Below, piece after piece: positions 53,883 through 61,986 of a stretch of DNA of 64,000 nt. A model generated the notes under the pieces. The model saw nothing but the letters and a program-made list of their open reading frames with translations, searched no databases and was not told where the DNA came from. Numbering within the stretch: position 1 is the stretch's first letter; the number at the start of each line of letters is the position of its first letter. Both the position numbers and the translations under genes were made by a program. The DNA comes from a virus. Location of the stretch: positions 17,419 through 81,418 of the IMG/VR virus record IMGVR_UViG_3300044684_000361. The stretch is one strand, 5' to 3'.

Positions 53883-55034
53883 ATGTCCACTCTCATGCAA
53901 GCCTCTCGTCAATGGGCCACGCGTCCGAGCGATCAACGTTTCACCTCACTCCTTGAGCTGCAGGCAGCGGTGGAGGCAAGCCACAGCTACTCAAAATCCG
54001 TAGTGGTGCCGTCGCGCTCCATTACGGTAATGCCGGAAGGCACTGACCACAAAAGCCTGGCTGTGGTCGGGGCAAACGGCGGGATCGTGTACCCGACTCA
54101 CTGGTCATTCGGCCAGCTGTCGGGCCTGGCAGGCGCTCCAGCGGGCTACCTGCGCAAGCTGCCCGCCGAAATCGCCGCCGACAATCTCAACTACGGGCTG
54201 AAAGTCGCTCGCGACGCGCAAGACGTTGGCGTGCTGCTGTACAAAAATGGCGGCGCCCCGGAGTTGCGCGCGGCCACGGGGCCGGCTTACGGACGCATCT
54301 GGAACAAAGATATCGTGGGGCCTTTGGTGCAGCGGTTCGGAGATGGCCGCACGGGTGACTTTCGCGTGCCGGGAGAATTCGGCAAAGCCGTTGATATCAC
54401 CAAGCAAAACACGACGCTCTTTGCCTCAGACCGCGATATGTTCGTGTTCCTGGCCGATGAGGAACATCGAATCGTGATGAAAGGCCGCAGACCCGGCGAG
54501 TCCGGCTCGCTCGCTCGTGGCTTCTTTGTGTGGAATTCTGAGGTGGGTTCCTCCACGTTCGGGATCGCGCTCTTTTTGTTTGACTACGTTTGCTGCAATC
54601 GCATCGTATGGGGCGCGCAGCAGTATCAGGAAATCCGCATTCGCCACACCGCGAGCGCCGCGACTCACTTGGAAGAGCGCGTGATTCCCGCGTTGGATGA
54701 GTATTCCCGCTCATCTACCGCAGGGGTGGAGCAGGCCATCGCGGCAGCACAACGCAAAAAAATTGATGACTTGGATAAATTTCTGTCGGCTCGCTTCACG
54801 CGCCCGCAAGTGGCGGCCATCAAGGCGACCCACATGGAAGAGGAGAACCGTCCCATCGAAACGTTATGGGATGCAACCACGGCCGTGACCGCTTACGCCA
54901 AGGGTATCCAATGGCAGGATGAGCGCGTAAAGCTTGAGCGCGAGGGCGGAAAGATCCTTCAGCTAGCTGCCAACACACTCCCAAACCTGGCGCAGGCTGC
55001 ATTGGATGGTGACTTTGAGGTGATTGAGGAGTAA
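53883..55034 (+). CDS. DUF932-family protein
   Basis: QWATRPSDQRFTSL, PTHWSFGQL, LRAATGP.YGRI, ASDRDMFVFL, RGFFVWNSEVG, VCCNRIVWG. Confidence 0.85.
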   Translation: MSTLMQASRQWATRPSDQRFTSLLELQAAVEASHSYSKSVVVPSRSITVMPEGTDHKSLAVVGANGGIVYPTHWSFGQLSGLAGAPAGYLRKLPAEIAADNLNYGLKVARDAQDVGVLLYKNGGAPELRAATGPAYGRIWNKDIVGPLVQRFGDGRTGDFRVPGEFGKAVDITKQNTTLFASDRDMFVFLADEEHRIVMKGRRPGESGSLARGFFVWNSEVGSSTFGIALFLFDYVCCNRIVWGAQQYQEIRIRHTASAATHLEERVIPALDEYSRSSTAGVEQAIAAAQRKKIDDLDKFLSARFTRPQVAAIKATHMEEENRPIETLWDATTAVTAYAKGIQWQDERVKLEREGGKILQLAANTLPNLAQAALDGDFEVIEE

Positions 55035-55037
55035 GGA

Positions 55038-55078
55038 GTTTCATCAGGCCCATGGGGAACCGTGGGCCTTTGTGAGAC
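55038..55078 (+). other. intergenic stem-loop with internal loop
   Basis: GTTTCA..AGGCCCATGG-GGAA-CCGTGGGCCT..TGAGAC. Confidence 0.45.
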
Positions 55079-55117
55079 CCCTACATTTTAAATAACCCAA
55101 CCCTTCGGGAGAACAAC

Positions 55118-55516
55118 ATGACACAACAATACATCGAGATTATTCAAACCTCACCGAAAGGAGTGGAGCATGCATCCTGTCTGGAGCTGGACAAGGAAAC
55201 CGGCCAGTTGCGAGTGATCGGCGTGCTCACGCACTGCTATCTCTTTCGCCCCAAGATGGCCCGGGATGCGATTTTGCTGGCCACTTGGGCCAAAAAGTTC
55301 ATGGAGAAATCTCAGGATCTGACACTCCAGCAGCATGCCGTCGCTAAGACGCTCCGGGCCTGTCGGCCCCCCGTGACAGCGGGGACGAACGTCATTCCTG
55401 ATGATAACGCCCGCACAGCGTGGTATGACATGGTAACGGCGTGCATGAAAGGGTTGGAAGTCGATACGAAAGCCATCCGCGAGTTCTGTGACATTGCGGG
55501 GGTGCCGGGATCATGA
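55118..55516 (+). CDS. hypothetical protein
   Basis: 132 aa, GGAG RBS. Confidence 0.55.
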   Translation: MTQQYIEIIQTSPKGVEHASCLELDKETGQLRVIGVLTHCYLFRPKMARDAILLATWAKKFMEKSQDLTLQQHAVAKTLRACRPPVTAGTNVIPDDNARTAWYDMVTACMKGLEVDTKAIREFCDIAGVPGS

Positions 55517-55587
55517 TGCTCCTACGTATCGCGCTGGCGATCCTCCTTGTGGCCATCTGGCTGGCTTTCTGGATGGAGCGCCGCTGA
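55513..55587 (+). CDS. 24-aa single-TM peptide (not in ORF track)
   Basis: MMLLRIALAILLVAIWLAFWMERR, ATGA overlap. Confidence 0.4.
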   Translation: MMLLRIALAILLVAIWLAFWMERR

Positions 55588-55588
55588 A

Positions 55589-55616
55589 TTGAGTTTTGTC
55601 GAGTTCTCTGTACACT
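55589..55616 (+). promoter_or_regulatory. sigma70-like promoter (CTGTACA family)
   Basis: TTGAGT-16bp-TACACT. Confidence 0.5.
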
Positions 55617-55652
55617 GACAGGGGTCTCTTTTACCTATAGGAGGAAGGAACA

Positions 55653-56114
55653 ATGAACTCAGTGACTTCAGTCAAGAGCTTTTCCAAGGCGTATCTCGTG
55701 AGTGCCATGGAAACCTTTGCCAACCGGCGACCGATGATCGAGCGACGTGACTACCCCTCGCTTACTGCCTACTGGCGGGCGCAGAGAAAGGCAGCCCGGC
55801 ACAAACATGACGCGCGTGCGCTATTGCGCTACATCGAGCGCCATCCGGAGATCACCGTGGATCACCTCGTCAACGGAAATTCTGCGGCCGGATTGCCTTT
55901 GAGCATGGCTGATGGGGTCGTGGATCACTCCCCGGCCATAGGCCAGCGCTTCGGTGAGGTATTCCGGGGAGCGGTCTGCCGTGCGGCGGCGGCGGCGATC
56001 TGGGAGAAGGCTTACAGCGAGAATTCCCGTGCAGCCTTCAAAGAGTCTGTTCTGGAGGCCCTGGCGAAGGATCTGGGCCAGGGACTGGTATCTCGACACT
56101 TCAGCGAGCTGTAA
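55653..56114 (+). CDS. hypothetical protein
   Basis: 153 aa, TAGGAGG RBS. Confidence 0.6.
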   Translation: MNSVTSVKSFSKAYLVSAMETFANRRPMIERRDYPSLTAYWRAQRKAARHKHDARALLRYIERHPEITVDHLVNGNSAAGLPLSMADGVVDHSPAIGQRFGEVFRGAVCRAAAAAIWEKAYSENSRAAFKESVLEALAKDLGQGLVSRHFSEL

Positions 56115-56121
56115 GCCCACG

Positions 56122-56340
56122 ATGAAAACAAGCCGCGGGAGCCGTTCGCTGTATGAAGGCATTGCCGAGACCATGCGGCTCAACTGTCCGGATGAGCCCG
56201 AAAGGACGGGGGCGTACGGCCAATGGGAGCAGGACTGCAAAGCGTTGGCGGCTTTCTTTGCAGCCGGCTCCCGTGCCTTTGACACGGAACTCTTTCTGCG
56301 CAACTGTGGGGTGAAGTCTGAAGCGCGATCGCGCATATGA
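56122..56340 (+). CDS. hypothetical protein
   Basis: LA.FF....AFD.ELFL..CG C-terminal motif. Confidence 0.5.
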   Translation: MKTSRGSRSLYEGIAETMRLNCPDEPERTGAYGQWEQDCKALAAFFAAGSRAFDTELFLRNCGVKSEARSRI

Positions 56341-56472
56341 GAAATTGGTGGGGACAGAAAATCAAGGAAAGGAGCGCACAGCTGGCCATCATCCGCCATC
56401 TGACTACTGACTTACGGACTACTCCCCCCACGAAGTGCTCGTGGTGGGGAAAACTATTGAGGAGGATCATTC

Positions 56473-56724
56473 GTGCCAAAACTACGACTTCCGTTGAGCG
56501 ACCACGCCGACCCAGCGGCGCTGAAAATCCTGGGGACCGTGGCCGCAGCCCTGGTGAGGCGCCTCGCTCCGCAGGCGCCGCTGCCGATCACCCTGACAAT
56601 TTCGAGGGCGGAGTTTGAGGCCAATAAAGGCCTTATGTTGGGCGGGAGACTGGACACAGACAGTCAGGTCGTGATCCTTTCCCTGGAAGAGCGTGACAGC
56701 GCAGGAGAGCATAGCCGGCAATGA
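56473..56724 (+). CDS. hypothetical protein
   Basis: GAGGAGG RBS, GTG start. Confidence 0.5.
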   Translation: MPKLRLPLSDHADPAALKILGTVAAALVRRLAPQAPLPITLTISRAEFEANKGLMLGGRLDTDSQVVILSLEERDSAGEHSRQ

Positions 56725-57191
56725 AAATCCTGTTGGTCTGTGGTGGCCGCAGATTCGGCGTGGAACGGCATCGCAATAATGGCGCACTCACCCTCAAGGC
56801 GCAGCGCGAGCGCGTCTTTCTGCACCAGACATTGGACCACCTCTACGTGGAGCGCGGGTTTACCCATCTGATGCATGGGGATGCGGATGGGGCGGATAGC
56901 GTTGCGGGAGCCTGGGCCCGTGGCCATGGAGTGCCGGAAGTACGCGTGCCGGCCAATTGGGATTTCTACGGCACCAGCGCTGGCTTTCGACGCAACATCG
57001 CGATGGCGGAGATGCTGACGAAGCGCTCGAAAGATTCTGACTTTGTGGTGGCCTTCCCTGGGGGTCGTGGCACGGCCGATATGATCATACGGGCTCGACG
57101 AGCGGGCCTGGAAGTGATTGAGGCTTGCGACGCGTCACAGGAACCTCCAGATAGGGCACGAGAGAGCCATCCCGCCGATAGATCTTTGTAA
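56721..57191 (+). CDS. SLOG-family (YspA/DUF2493-like) protein
   Basis: LVCGGR, HGDADGAD, ANW..YG.SAG.RRN..M, VVAFPGGRGTADM. Confidence 0.85.
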   Translation: MKILLVCGGRRFGVERHRNNGALTLKAQRERVFLHQTLDHLYVERGFTHLMHGDADGADSVAGAWARGHGVPEVRVPANWDFYGTSAGFRRNIAMAEMLTKRSKDSDFVVAFPGGRGTADMIIRARRAGLEVIEACDASQEPPDRARESHPADRSL

Positions 57192-57594
57192 TGATTCCAT
57201 AGCGGTCGTGAACCTGACGGAGCTTGTTCCTTTTCGTCGGGGTCATGACCCCTGTGGCATCGATGAGTTCCAGATACAGAGGGGCACTCGCTGAGCCCCA
57301 GGGGCGGGCAACCAAGAAATCCGCCCGGTACGTCACGCCCCCCTCAAGATCAAAAGGAATCTGCCTCGTGAACCAGAGCACGGTACCGGCCCTCCATTCC
57401 AGATCCAGATCCTGGGCAAGACGCGCTTCCAGCTTGCTGGCGTACTTGCGACCCAGGTAGACGAAGGGCTCGTTGTGATATTTCGCTGTCGCCTCACCCC
57501 GCGCTACCGCCCTCATCTCTTCACGAAGCTCTGCCAGTGAAGTGGTGGGTGTTCCTTGGATTTTTTGCAAATCTTTCAGGGTCCAGCGGGGCAT
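57085..57594 (-). CDS. DUF1064-like PD-(D/E)XK endonuclease
   Basis: KYHN......G.KYASKLEA, RQIPFDL, YRADFLV, ELIDATG. Confidence 0.7.
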   Translation of the reverse strand: MPRWTLKDLQKIQGTPTTSLAELREEMRAVARGEATAKYHNEPFVYLGRKYASKLEARLAQDLDLEWRAGTVLWFTRQIPFDLEGGVTYRADFLVARPWGSASAPLYLELIDATGVMTPTKRNKLRQVHDRYGIITKIYRRDGSLVPYLEVPVTRRKPQSLPGPLVEPV

Positions 57595-57818
57595 TTGAAT
57601 GCCTTGCGAAGGGGCTCCAGTTCCTCTCGCTCATACGACTCAATTGCCGCATCGAGGGCAACCCGGAAGTCATTCCCCTGCATCCGGTTCACGAAGTGAC
57701 GCCAAGGGCCCATGATTCCCCACCGAGGCGGGCGTCCAATGGTTCCATCCCAGTGACTATCAAAGAAATGCTCCGCGAGCCACTCCAAGCGCTCCGTATC
57801 AGTCATCCCCTTTCCCAA
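57576..57818 (-). CDS. hypothetical protein
   Basis: DTERLEWL...FR.ALDAAI. Confidence 0.55.
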   Translation of the reverse strand: MGKGMTDTERLEWLAEHFFDSHWDGTIGRPPRWGIMGPWRHFVNRMQGNDFRVALDAAIESYEREELEPLRKAFKCPAGP

Positions 57819-58077
57819 AGCTTGTGATGCCTTGGGCCTCCAGCGTCTTGCGCGCCATATAGTCCTCCCGCTTCAGGCGATCGTATTCGCGCAGGATCGA
57901 GATCATCCGGCTCAGGAAGGCGGGAGACTGCAGTAGGTTCCACAGCTCAGTGCGCACAATCTCCCGCAGCCGCTCCTCACCAATCATCGCTTCTTTCGGC
58001 GTCGCCGCCTTCGTCTGTCCCTGCGCGTTCAGGATCGGAATGAGGATGTTGTTGCTGCTCGTCGAAGGATTTGCCAT
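57799..58077 (-). CDS. hypothetical protein
   Basis: GGAGG RBS. Confidence 0.5.
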   Translation of the reverse strand: MANPSTSSNNILIPILNAQGQTKAATPKEAMIGEERLREIVRTELWNLLQSPAFLSRMISILREYDRLKREDYMARKTLEAQGITSFGKGDD

Positions 58078-58288
58078 GGGCCTCCAGTCTTGCCCGGAAC
58101 GTGCGGGCCTGGTGAACGCGCTCATCATACTCGTGTGTCCCGGGTTCGAAAGAGGCTTGTGTGCGGGCTTCGTAGGCCTTCAGGAGATCCCAGAACGTGC
58201 GGGCCCCTGAGCGTAGGTCCTCCTCCCATCGTCTGGCACATCGGCGCTCCATGGCCTCCATATGAGCTTTATCGCGGTCCTCATTCAT
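57977..58288 (-). CDS. hypothetical protein
   Basis: co-directional string; 3' end overlaps next gene. Confidence 0.4.
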   Translation of the reverse strand: MNEDRDKAHMEAMERRCARRWEEDLRSGARTFWDLLKAYEARTQASFEPGTHEYDERVHQARTFRARLEAHGKSFDEQQQHPHSDPERAGTDEGGDAERSDDW

Positions 58289-58496
58289 GCGGAGGTTTCC
58301 AGTTGAGAGCGGCTGATAGGCGATGCGCGTGAGACGAGGCCAGATGCAAGCGTGCCACCTCCCGGCCACAGGTCGGGACATAGCAGTACAGCACGAGTTC
58401 GGTCTCTGAGACCATCTTCACCCGCAAAGGGGCATTGGCATGGCACCTCGGAGAGAGCACGGCGGGGAAATCGCCACATAGATCACAACCACTCAT
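58281..58496 (-). CDS. small Cys-rich protein
   Basis: CDLC..PRCH..CYVPTC. Confidence 0.55.
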   Translation of the reverse strand: MSGCDLCGDFPAVLSPRCHANAPLRVKMVSETELVLYCYVPTCGREVARLHLASSHAHRLSAALNWKPPHE

Positions 58497-58693
58497 GAAG
58501 GAGCATTCCAAGGCGTGAGCCCCTGTTGCGCGATGGCCTCCAAGAGAGTCATCAGGATCAGCCACAAGACGAACGTGGGCCAGCGCTTCGAAAGGTTATT
58601 CATGCAGAACAAAGCGACGACGGCGCCGAGACCTGATACCCAAAGGTATCCGTAATGCTGGTAGTAGACCGCGCTAAAGGCTTCGATTGACAT
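58493..58693 (-). CDS. small membrane protein
   Basis: two hydrophobic segments. Confidence 0.5.
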   Translation of the reverse strand: MSIEAFSAVYYQHYGYLWVSGLGAVVALFCMNNLSKRWPTFVLWLILMTLLEAIAQQGLTPWNAPS

Positions 58694-58694
58694 G

Positions 58695-58724
58695 TTGACA
58701 TACTAGTCTATGTACCTGTACATT
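58695..58724 (+). promoter_or_regulatory. sigma70-like promoter (CTGTACA family)
   Basis: TTGACA-18bp-TACATT at a strand divergence. Confidence 0.55.
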
Positions 58725-58827
58725 GCCAGCCCCATGAGAGAGCTGATTGACATGATCTTGAATACGCCCGAGCGATTCGATCGGTCGCGGCTTCCGTGTT
58801 GCCTGATTGGTTTATGGGAGGAGGTGA

Positions 58828-59148
58828 TTGATGAGCATGATGAGTTCCGAGGAAATCGAAGCCCTGCCACAGATTCTGAAAGAGGCGATCCTCGGCGGGA
58901 TCACCCAACGGCTGGTCAAAAGCTTGGATCTGATCAAGCTCCTCGCCTTTGGCAGCTCCGAAAAGATGGAGCTGACCCTGATCGTGCGTCACAAGGACTT
59001 CGGTCCCAGAGGCGCCGTCGTAACCGAGGACTCCGCTGACCCGGAAGTCCTGTGCGAGCTGATCCGCAGGATGCTGAAGGCCCCCAAGGATCGCGATCCG
59101 GGTATCGATCAGTACACCGAGAACGGGGAACGGGTGAAGCACCAATGA
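58828..59148 (+). CDS. hypothetical protein
   Basis: GGAGGAGG RBS. Confidence 0.6.
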   Translation: MMSMMSSEEIEALPQILKEAILGGITQRLVKSLDLIKLLAFGSSEKMELTLIVRHKDFGPRGAVVTEDSADPEVLCELIRRMLKAPKDRDPGIDQYTENGERVKHQ

Positions 59149-59345
59149 GCCTGACCCATCAGGAGCTACTCGCCCTCTTTGCGGCCGAGCTGGACCCCCA
59201 GGTGGACATCGTGGCCTGGCACATCCAAGGCGATCCGGATTCCCTTTTCAAGGCTGGAGTGGCCATCGGCTGGGCCATGGGCAAGGGCCTCTCGCCCCAG
59301 GAGGCCTCAGCCTTTCAGGAGTTCGTGGCGAGGAATGAGGCGTGA
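59145..59345 (+). CDS. hypothetical protein
   Basis: 66 aa, ATGA overlap. Confidence 0.55.
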   Translation: MSLTHQELLALFAAELDPQVDIVAWHIQGDPDSLFKAGVAIGWAMGKGLSPQEASAFQEFVARNEA

Positions 59346-59380
59346 AGAGGGGAATTTCGGAGGGAACGAACCCCATTCCC

Positions 59381-59792
59381 AGAGTATGGAAACTCTAGGA
59401 TGAGGAGTGCTCTCCAATTTCGGAGCAGGGACAGGACTGTTTTCCCTGACGCGGTTCTCTTGGATGGCACAGGCCGCCATTCCATCCTCGGGCCACCGCT
59501 TTCACTCGGCCCTAGGCGACTGTGGATGGATTCCCCCAGTGTCGCCTTTTTGGGGTCCCCGTCCGTGGCTGGTGCCTGGTCAAGCGTCCCAGGACGGGGG
59601 TAAACGGTTTCTTGGTGGCGGGCCCGTTTTCATGCCCCATGACCTTTCGTGTACCGGACGACCGGGAACACGACTTGCGAGGGAGACAAGTTCCAGGGGA
59701 AGATACTTCTGGAAATCGTCGGTAGGAGATTCGCGTCGTGCTACCGATAACGGGCCCGGTGAGCTACCAACTCAACCGGGCCCATTTCTTTT
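59381..59792 (+). ncRNA. putative multi-hairpin structured RNA or ssDNA origin
   Basis: about a dozen consecutive inverted repeats, G-U pairs favour + strand, no convincing ORF. Confidence 0.5.
59750..59792 (+). terminator. terminator-like hairpin
   Basis: GGGCCCGGT-GAG-CTACCAA-CTC-A-ACCGGGCCC followed by ATTTCTTTT. Confidence 0.6.
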
Positions 59793-59805
59793 GTACGCCT
59801 GAAGC

Positions 59806-59957
59806 GGGGCGGTTGGCAATGGGGAGGTTTTAACATGCCGATCAGTCGAGAGGATCAGCGCGAGCAAGCCCGCATGGATACGCTGGTTCTGCTGCGAAAT
59901 CCCCGGGGTGAGTAGGTCATGACGAAGGCTATGGTTCGAATCCACCCTGTCCCGCCA
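59806..59957 (+). ncRNA. tRNA/tmRNA-like element with internal 26-codon ORF
   Basis: GGGGCGG pairs with CTGTCCC+G+CCA; T-loop GGTTCGAATCC; two internal helices. Confidence 0.45.
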
Positions 59958-59977
59958 ATTCCAACACGGGGGAGTAA

Positions 59978-60286
59978 ATGAAAAAAACCTTTCCGCACAT
60001 CTATGGGCCTTCCGAGGTAGGTCATGGCGAGGCCCAGTGTGTCTTTTGCTTGGGGACCAACCGGGAAAATGCCATTCTCGATCCCAACCACTGTGAGAAG
60101 TATCAGGAGTACTACCTCTATACCGTGGAACGGTCCCGCCCGCGGGTGGAACAATTTCTGATTGAGAAATATGGCACCGTCACATGGACGGCGGAACAGG
60201 TGACCGATGGCGCGCAGCTCATGGCCGTGACCATGATGGCTGCCTGGTGTGCCGAGCGCGCCTTTGATCCGGAGCCCACGGCATGA
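59978..60286 (+). CDS. hypothetical protein
   Basis: GGAG RBS; H.YGPS..GHGEAQC..C.GTNREN. Confidence 0.6.
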   Translation: MKKTFPHIYGPSEVGHGEAQCVFCLGTNRENAILDPNHCEKYQEYYLYTVERSRPRVEQFLIEKYGTVTWTAEQVTDGAQLMAVTMMAAWCAERAFDPEPTA

Positions 60287-60293
60287 ACTCTCT

Positions 60294-60322
60294 TTGACAT
60301 CCCCTCTCTGATCCTGTACAAC
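60294..60322 (+). promoter_or_regulatory. sigma70-like promoter (CTGTACA family)
   Basis: TTGACA-17bp-TACAAC. Confidence 0.55.
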
Positions 60323-60353
60323 AGCCCTCTGTTTTTAGGGGAGGCTTTTTCAG

Positions 60354-60632
60354 ATGCAAATCATTGGCAAGGGCGGCCACAATGAGTATCTCGTTTCCGC
60401 ATCCGAGGAAGAGTTGGCTCAGATCGCAGGCTATAACTACTCATTCCCGTCTGGGGAAAGACCCGAGGTAGGCCGCAAGATCGCTGTGAGTCGGCTGTGG
60501 AATGCCCTTCAGGTTGAACGCTCGCGGCCTTACAAGCTCAAGGAGATGGCCGAACAACTGCGCTCCGTGGCCAAGTCCGTGGATGCAATCAATGAGGCGC
60601 TGGAGTGTCCGATCATCGGAGACAAGCCATGA
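60354..60632 (+). CDS. hypothetical protein
   Basis: GGAGG RBS. Confidence 0.6.
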   Translation: MQIIGKGGHNEYLVSASEEELAQIAGYNYSFPSGERPEVGRKIAVSRLWNALQVERSRPYKLKEMAEQLRSVAKSVDAINEALECPIIGDKP

Positions 60633-61270
60633 GTGCAGGGGATGGAGATAAACGGAAAGTCTCTACCGATGCGCTGGAAACCCTGGGCACGATCATCGGC
60701 CCTGATGAGAAGCGCGATGCCATCCACCTGGCCGTGGAGCCGGTTGTTGCCAGGCAGGCCCTGAGCCCCGGCGATCACGTCACGGCGGATGGCTTCTATG
60801 CGCAGCCTGGAAGCGATAATGCGGTCGGAATCGTAGATCCATTTCTCAGGCAGGATGTGGCACCTGGCCAACGTTTCTGGCTCGTGGTGTATCCCCGTCA
60901 GATCCATTCTTTGCGACATGTTTGGACTCATCCGGCTTTTCCCGATGCCCCGGACCTGACTGATCTCAAAGAAGTTCAGTCTCATGAGGAGGAGCGGCGC
61001 AAAGCCTCTGAAGCATGGCTTCGAAACTTCTGTGCGCATGCTGATTGCCCAGGATATGAGGCCGTTATGCGGGTACTGCAGGCATGCGCAGACGTTGATG
61101 AGACAGAAGGAGAATATGGCTTCGGTTGTCATGAGTACTCGCATGAGTACCTGCACTTTGCAGGATATGATGCCCATGGCGAGATTCCACCCTCCTTCTG
61201 GGATCATGCAGAGATCGTGCTTGGGCGTAAACTCCATAAGCGGCCCACTTATTTTTCCTGTTCGTGTTGA
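60629..61270 (+). CDS. conserved phage protein
   Basis: RDAIHLAV, GIVDPFL, FWLVVYP..I.SLRHVW.HP, ends FSCSC. Confidence 0.7.
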   Translation: MSAGDGDKRKVSTDALETLGTIIGPDEKRDAIHLAVEPVVARQALSPGDHVTADGFYAQPGSDNAVGIVDPFLRQDVAPGQRFWLVVYPRQIHSLRHVWTHPAFPDAPDLTDLKEVQSHEEERRKASEAWLRNFCAHADCPGYEAVMRVLQACADVDETEGEYGFGCHEYSHEYLHFAGYDAHGEIPPSFWDHAEIVLGRKLHKRPTYFSCSC

Positions 61271-61289
61271 TTTCATGGGATAAGTATCC

Positions 61290-61532
61290 ATGACCAAAAA
61301 AGATGTGTTGCTCGCCTATCACGAGTTTTCTCATGCGGTGGTGCGGGCTTTGAATGAGGCGAAGGTCGCCACGCCCTGGGACGAGTCCGAGACCGCCGTG
61401 GCGGGCGTGATGGTGATCGTAGGCACGAAGGAGGCCGGTGCCCCGCTCGGGGGAAGCTTGAATTTTGATCGGGAGACCGGTGTTTGGTCTATTGATGATA
61501 TGCCCTCTATGGGACAGCCGTTGGAAGAGTAA
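61290..61532 (+). CDS. hypothetical protein
   Basis: 80 aa. Confidence 0.5.
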   Translation: MTKKDVLLAYHEFSHAVVRALNEAKVATPWDESETAVAGVMVIVGTKEAGAPLGGSLNFDRETGVWSIDDMPSMGQPLEE

Positions 61533-61564
61533 TCCCATTTCCTCATCGAAGGAGAACCCTACCC

Positions 61565-61939
61565 ATGAAGTATGTAATCGCGATCGCCCTCCTCACCCTC
61601 TCTGCGGTGGTTCACGCCGAGACGATCACCCTCGGCTCTGAGGCGTGTACAGCCACAAACCTGTGCTTCAACGTTCCGAACGATGCCGGACTGAGCATCA
61701 GCATTTCAAATGCGACGCAGTATGGCCGATTGATCATCTACATCGGTAACGAGATGTACGACTCTGGGTTATGGGCCTATCCCAACCTGGCCAACGCGAC
61801 CCTCTATGACGCGCTCGGCAATCCGCTGCAAGTCTCGATCAGCTTCACGGTCGTGCAGAAACCGTGCGTACGCGAGGGACGCGCGACGGTGTGCCCGCGA
61901 ATGGTGACATTGAACGGAGGCACGCTGACGACGCCCTGA
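61565..61939 (+). CDS. exported protein with Sec signal peptide
   Basis: MKYVIAIALLTLSAVVHA-ET, two Cys pairs, AAGGAG RBS. Confidence 0.65.
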   Translation: MKYVIAIALLTLSAVVHAETITLGSEACTATNLCFNVPNDAGLSISISNATQYGRLIIYIGNEMYDSGLWAYPNLANATLYDALGNPLQVSISFTVVQKPCVREGRATVCPRMVTLNGGTLTTP

Positions 61940-61986
61940 GTACATGTTGGCCGAGCGGATCCACTTTTAGCAACAAGGTACCTGCA

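Noticed and set aside
59400-59802. ORFs 59400-59603, 59407-59802 and 59522-59725
   Set aside because: No well-spaced RBS, unnatural composition; region better explained by secondary structure.
59806-59957. Canonical tmRNA or canonical tRNA
   Set aside because: Too short for tmRNA, no G3-U70/A73, no tag-like peptide; no D or anticodon arm in tRNA positions. Kept only as a tRNA-like candidate.
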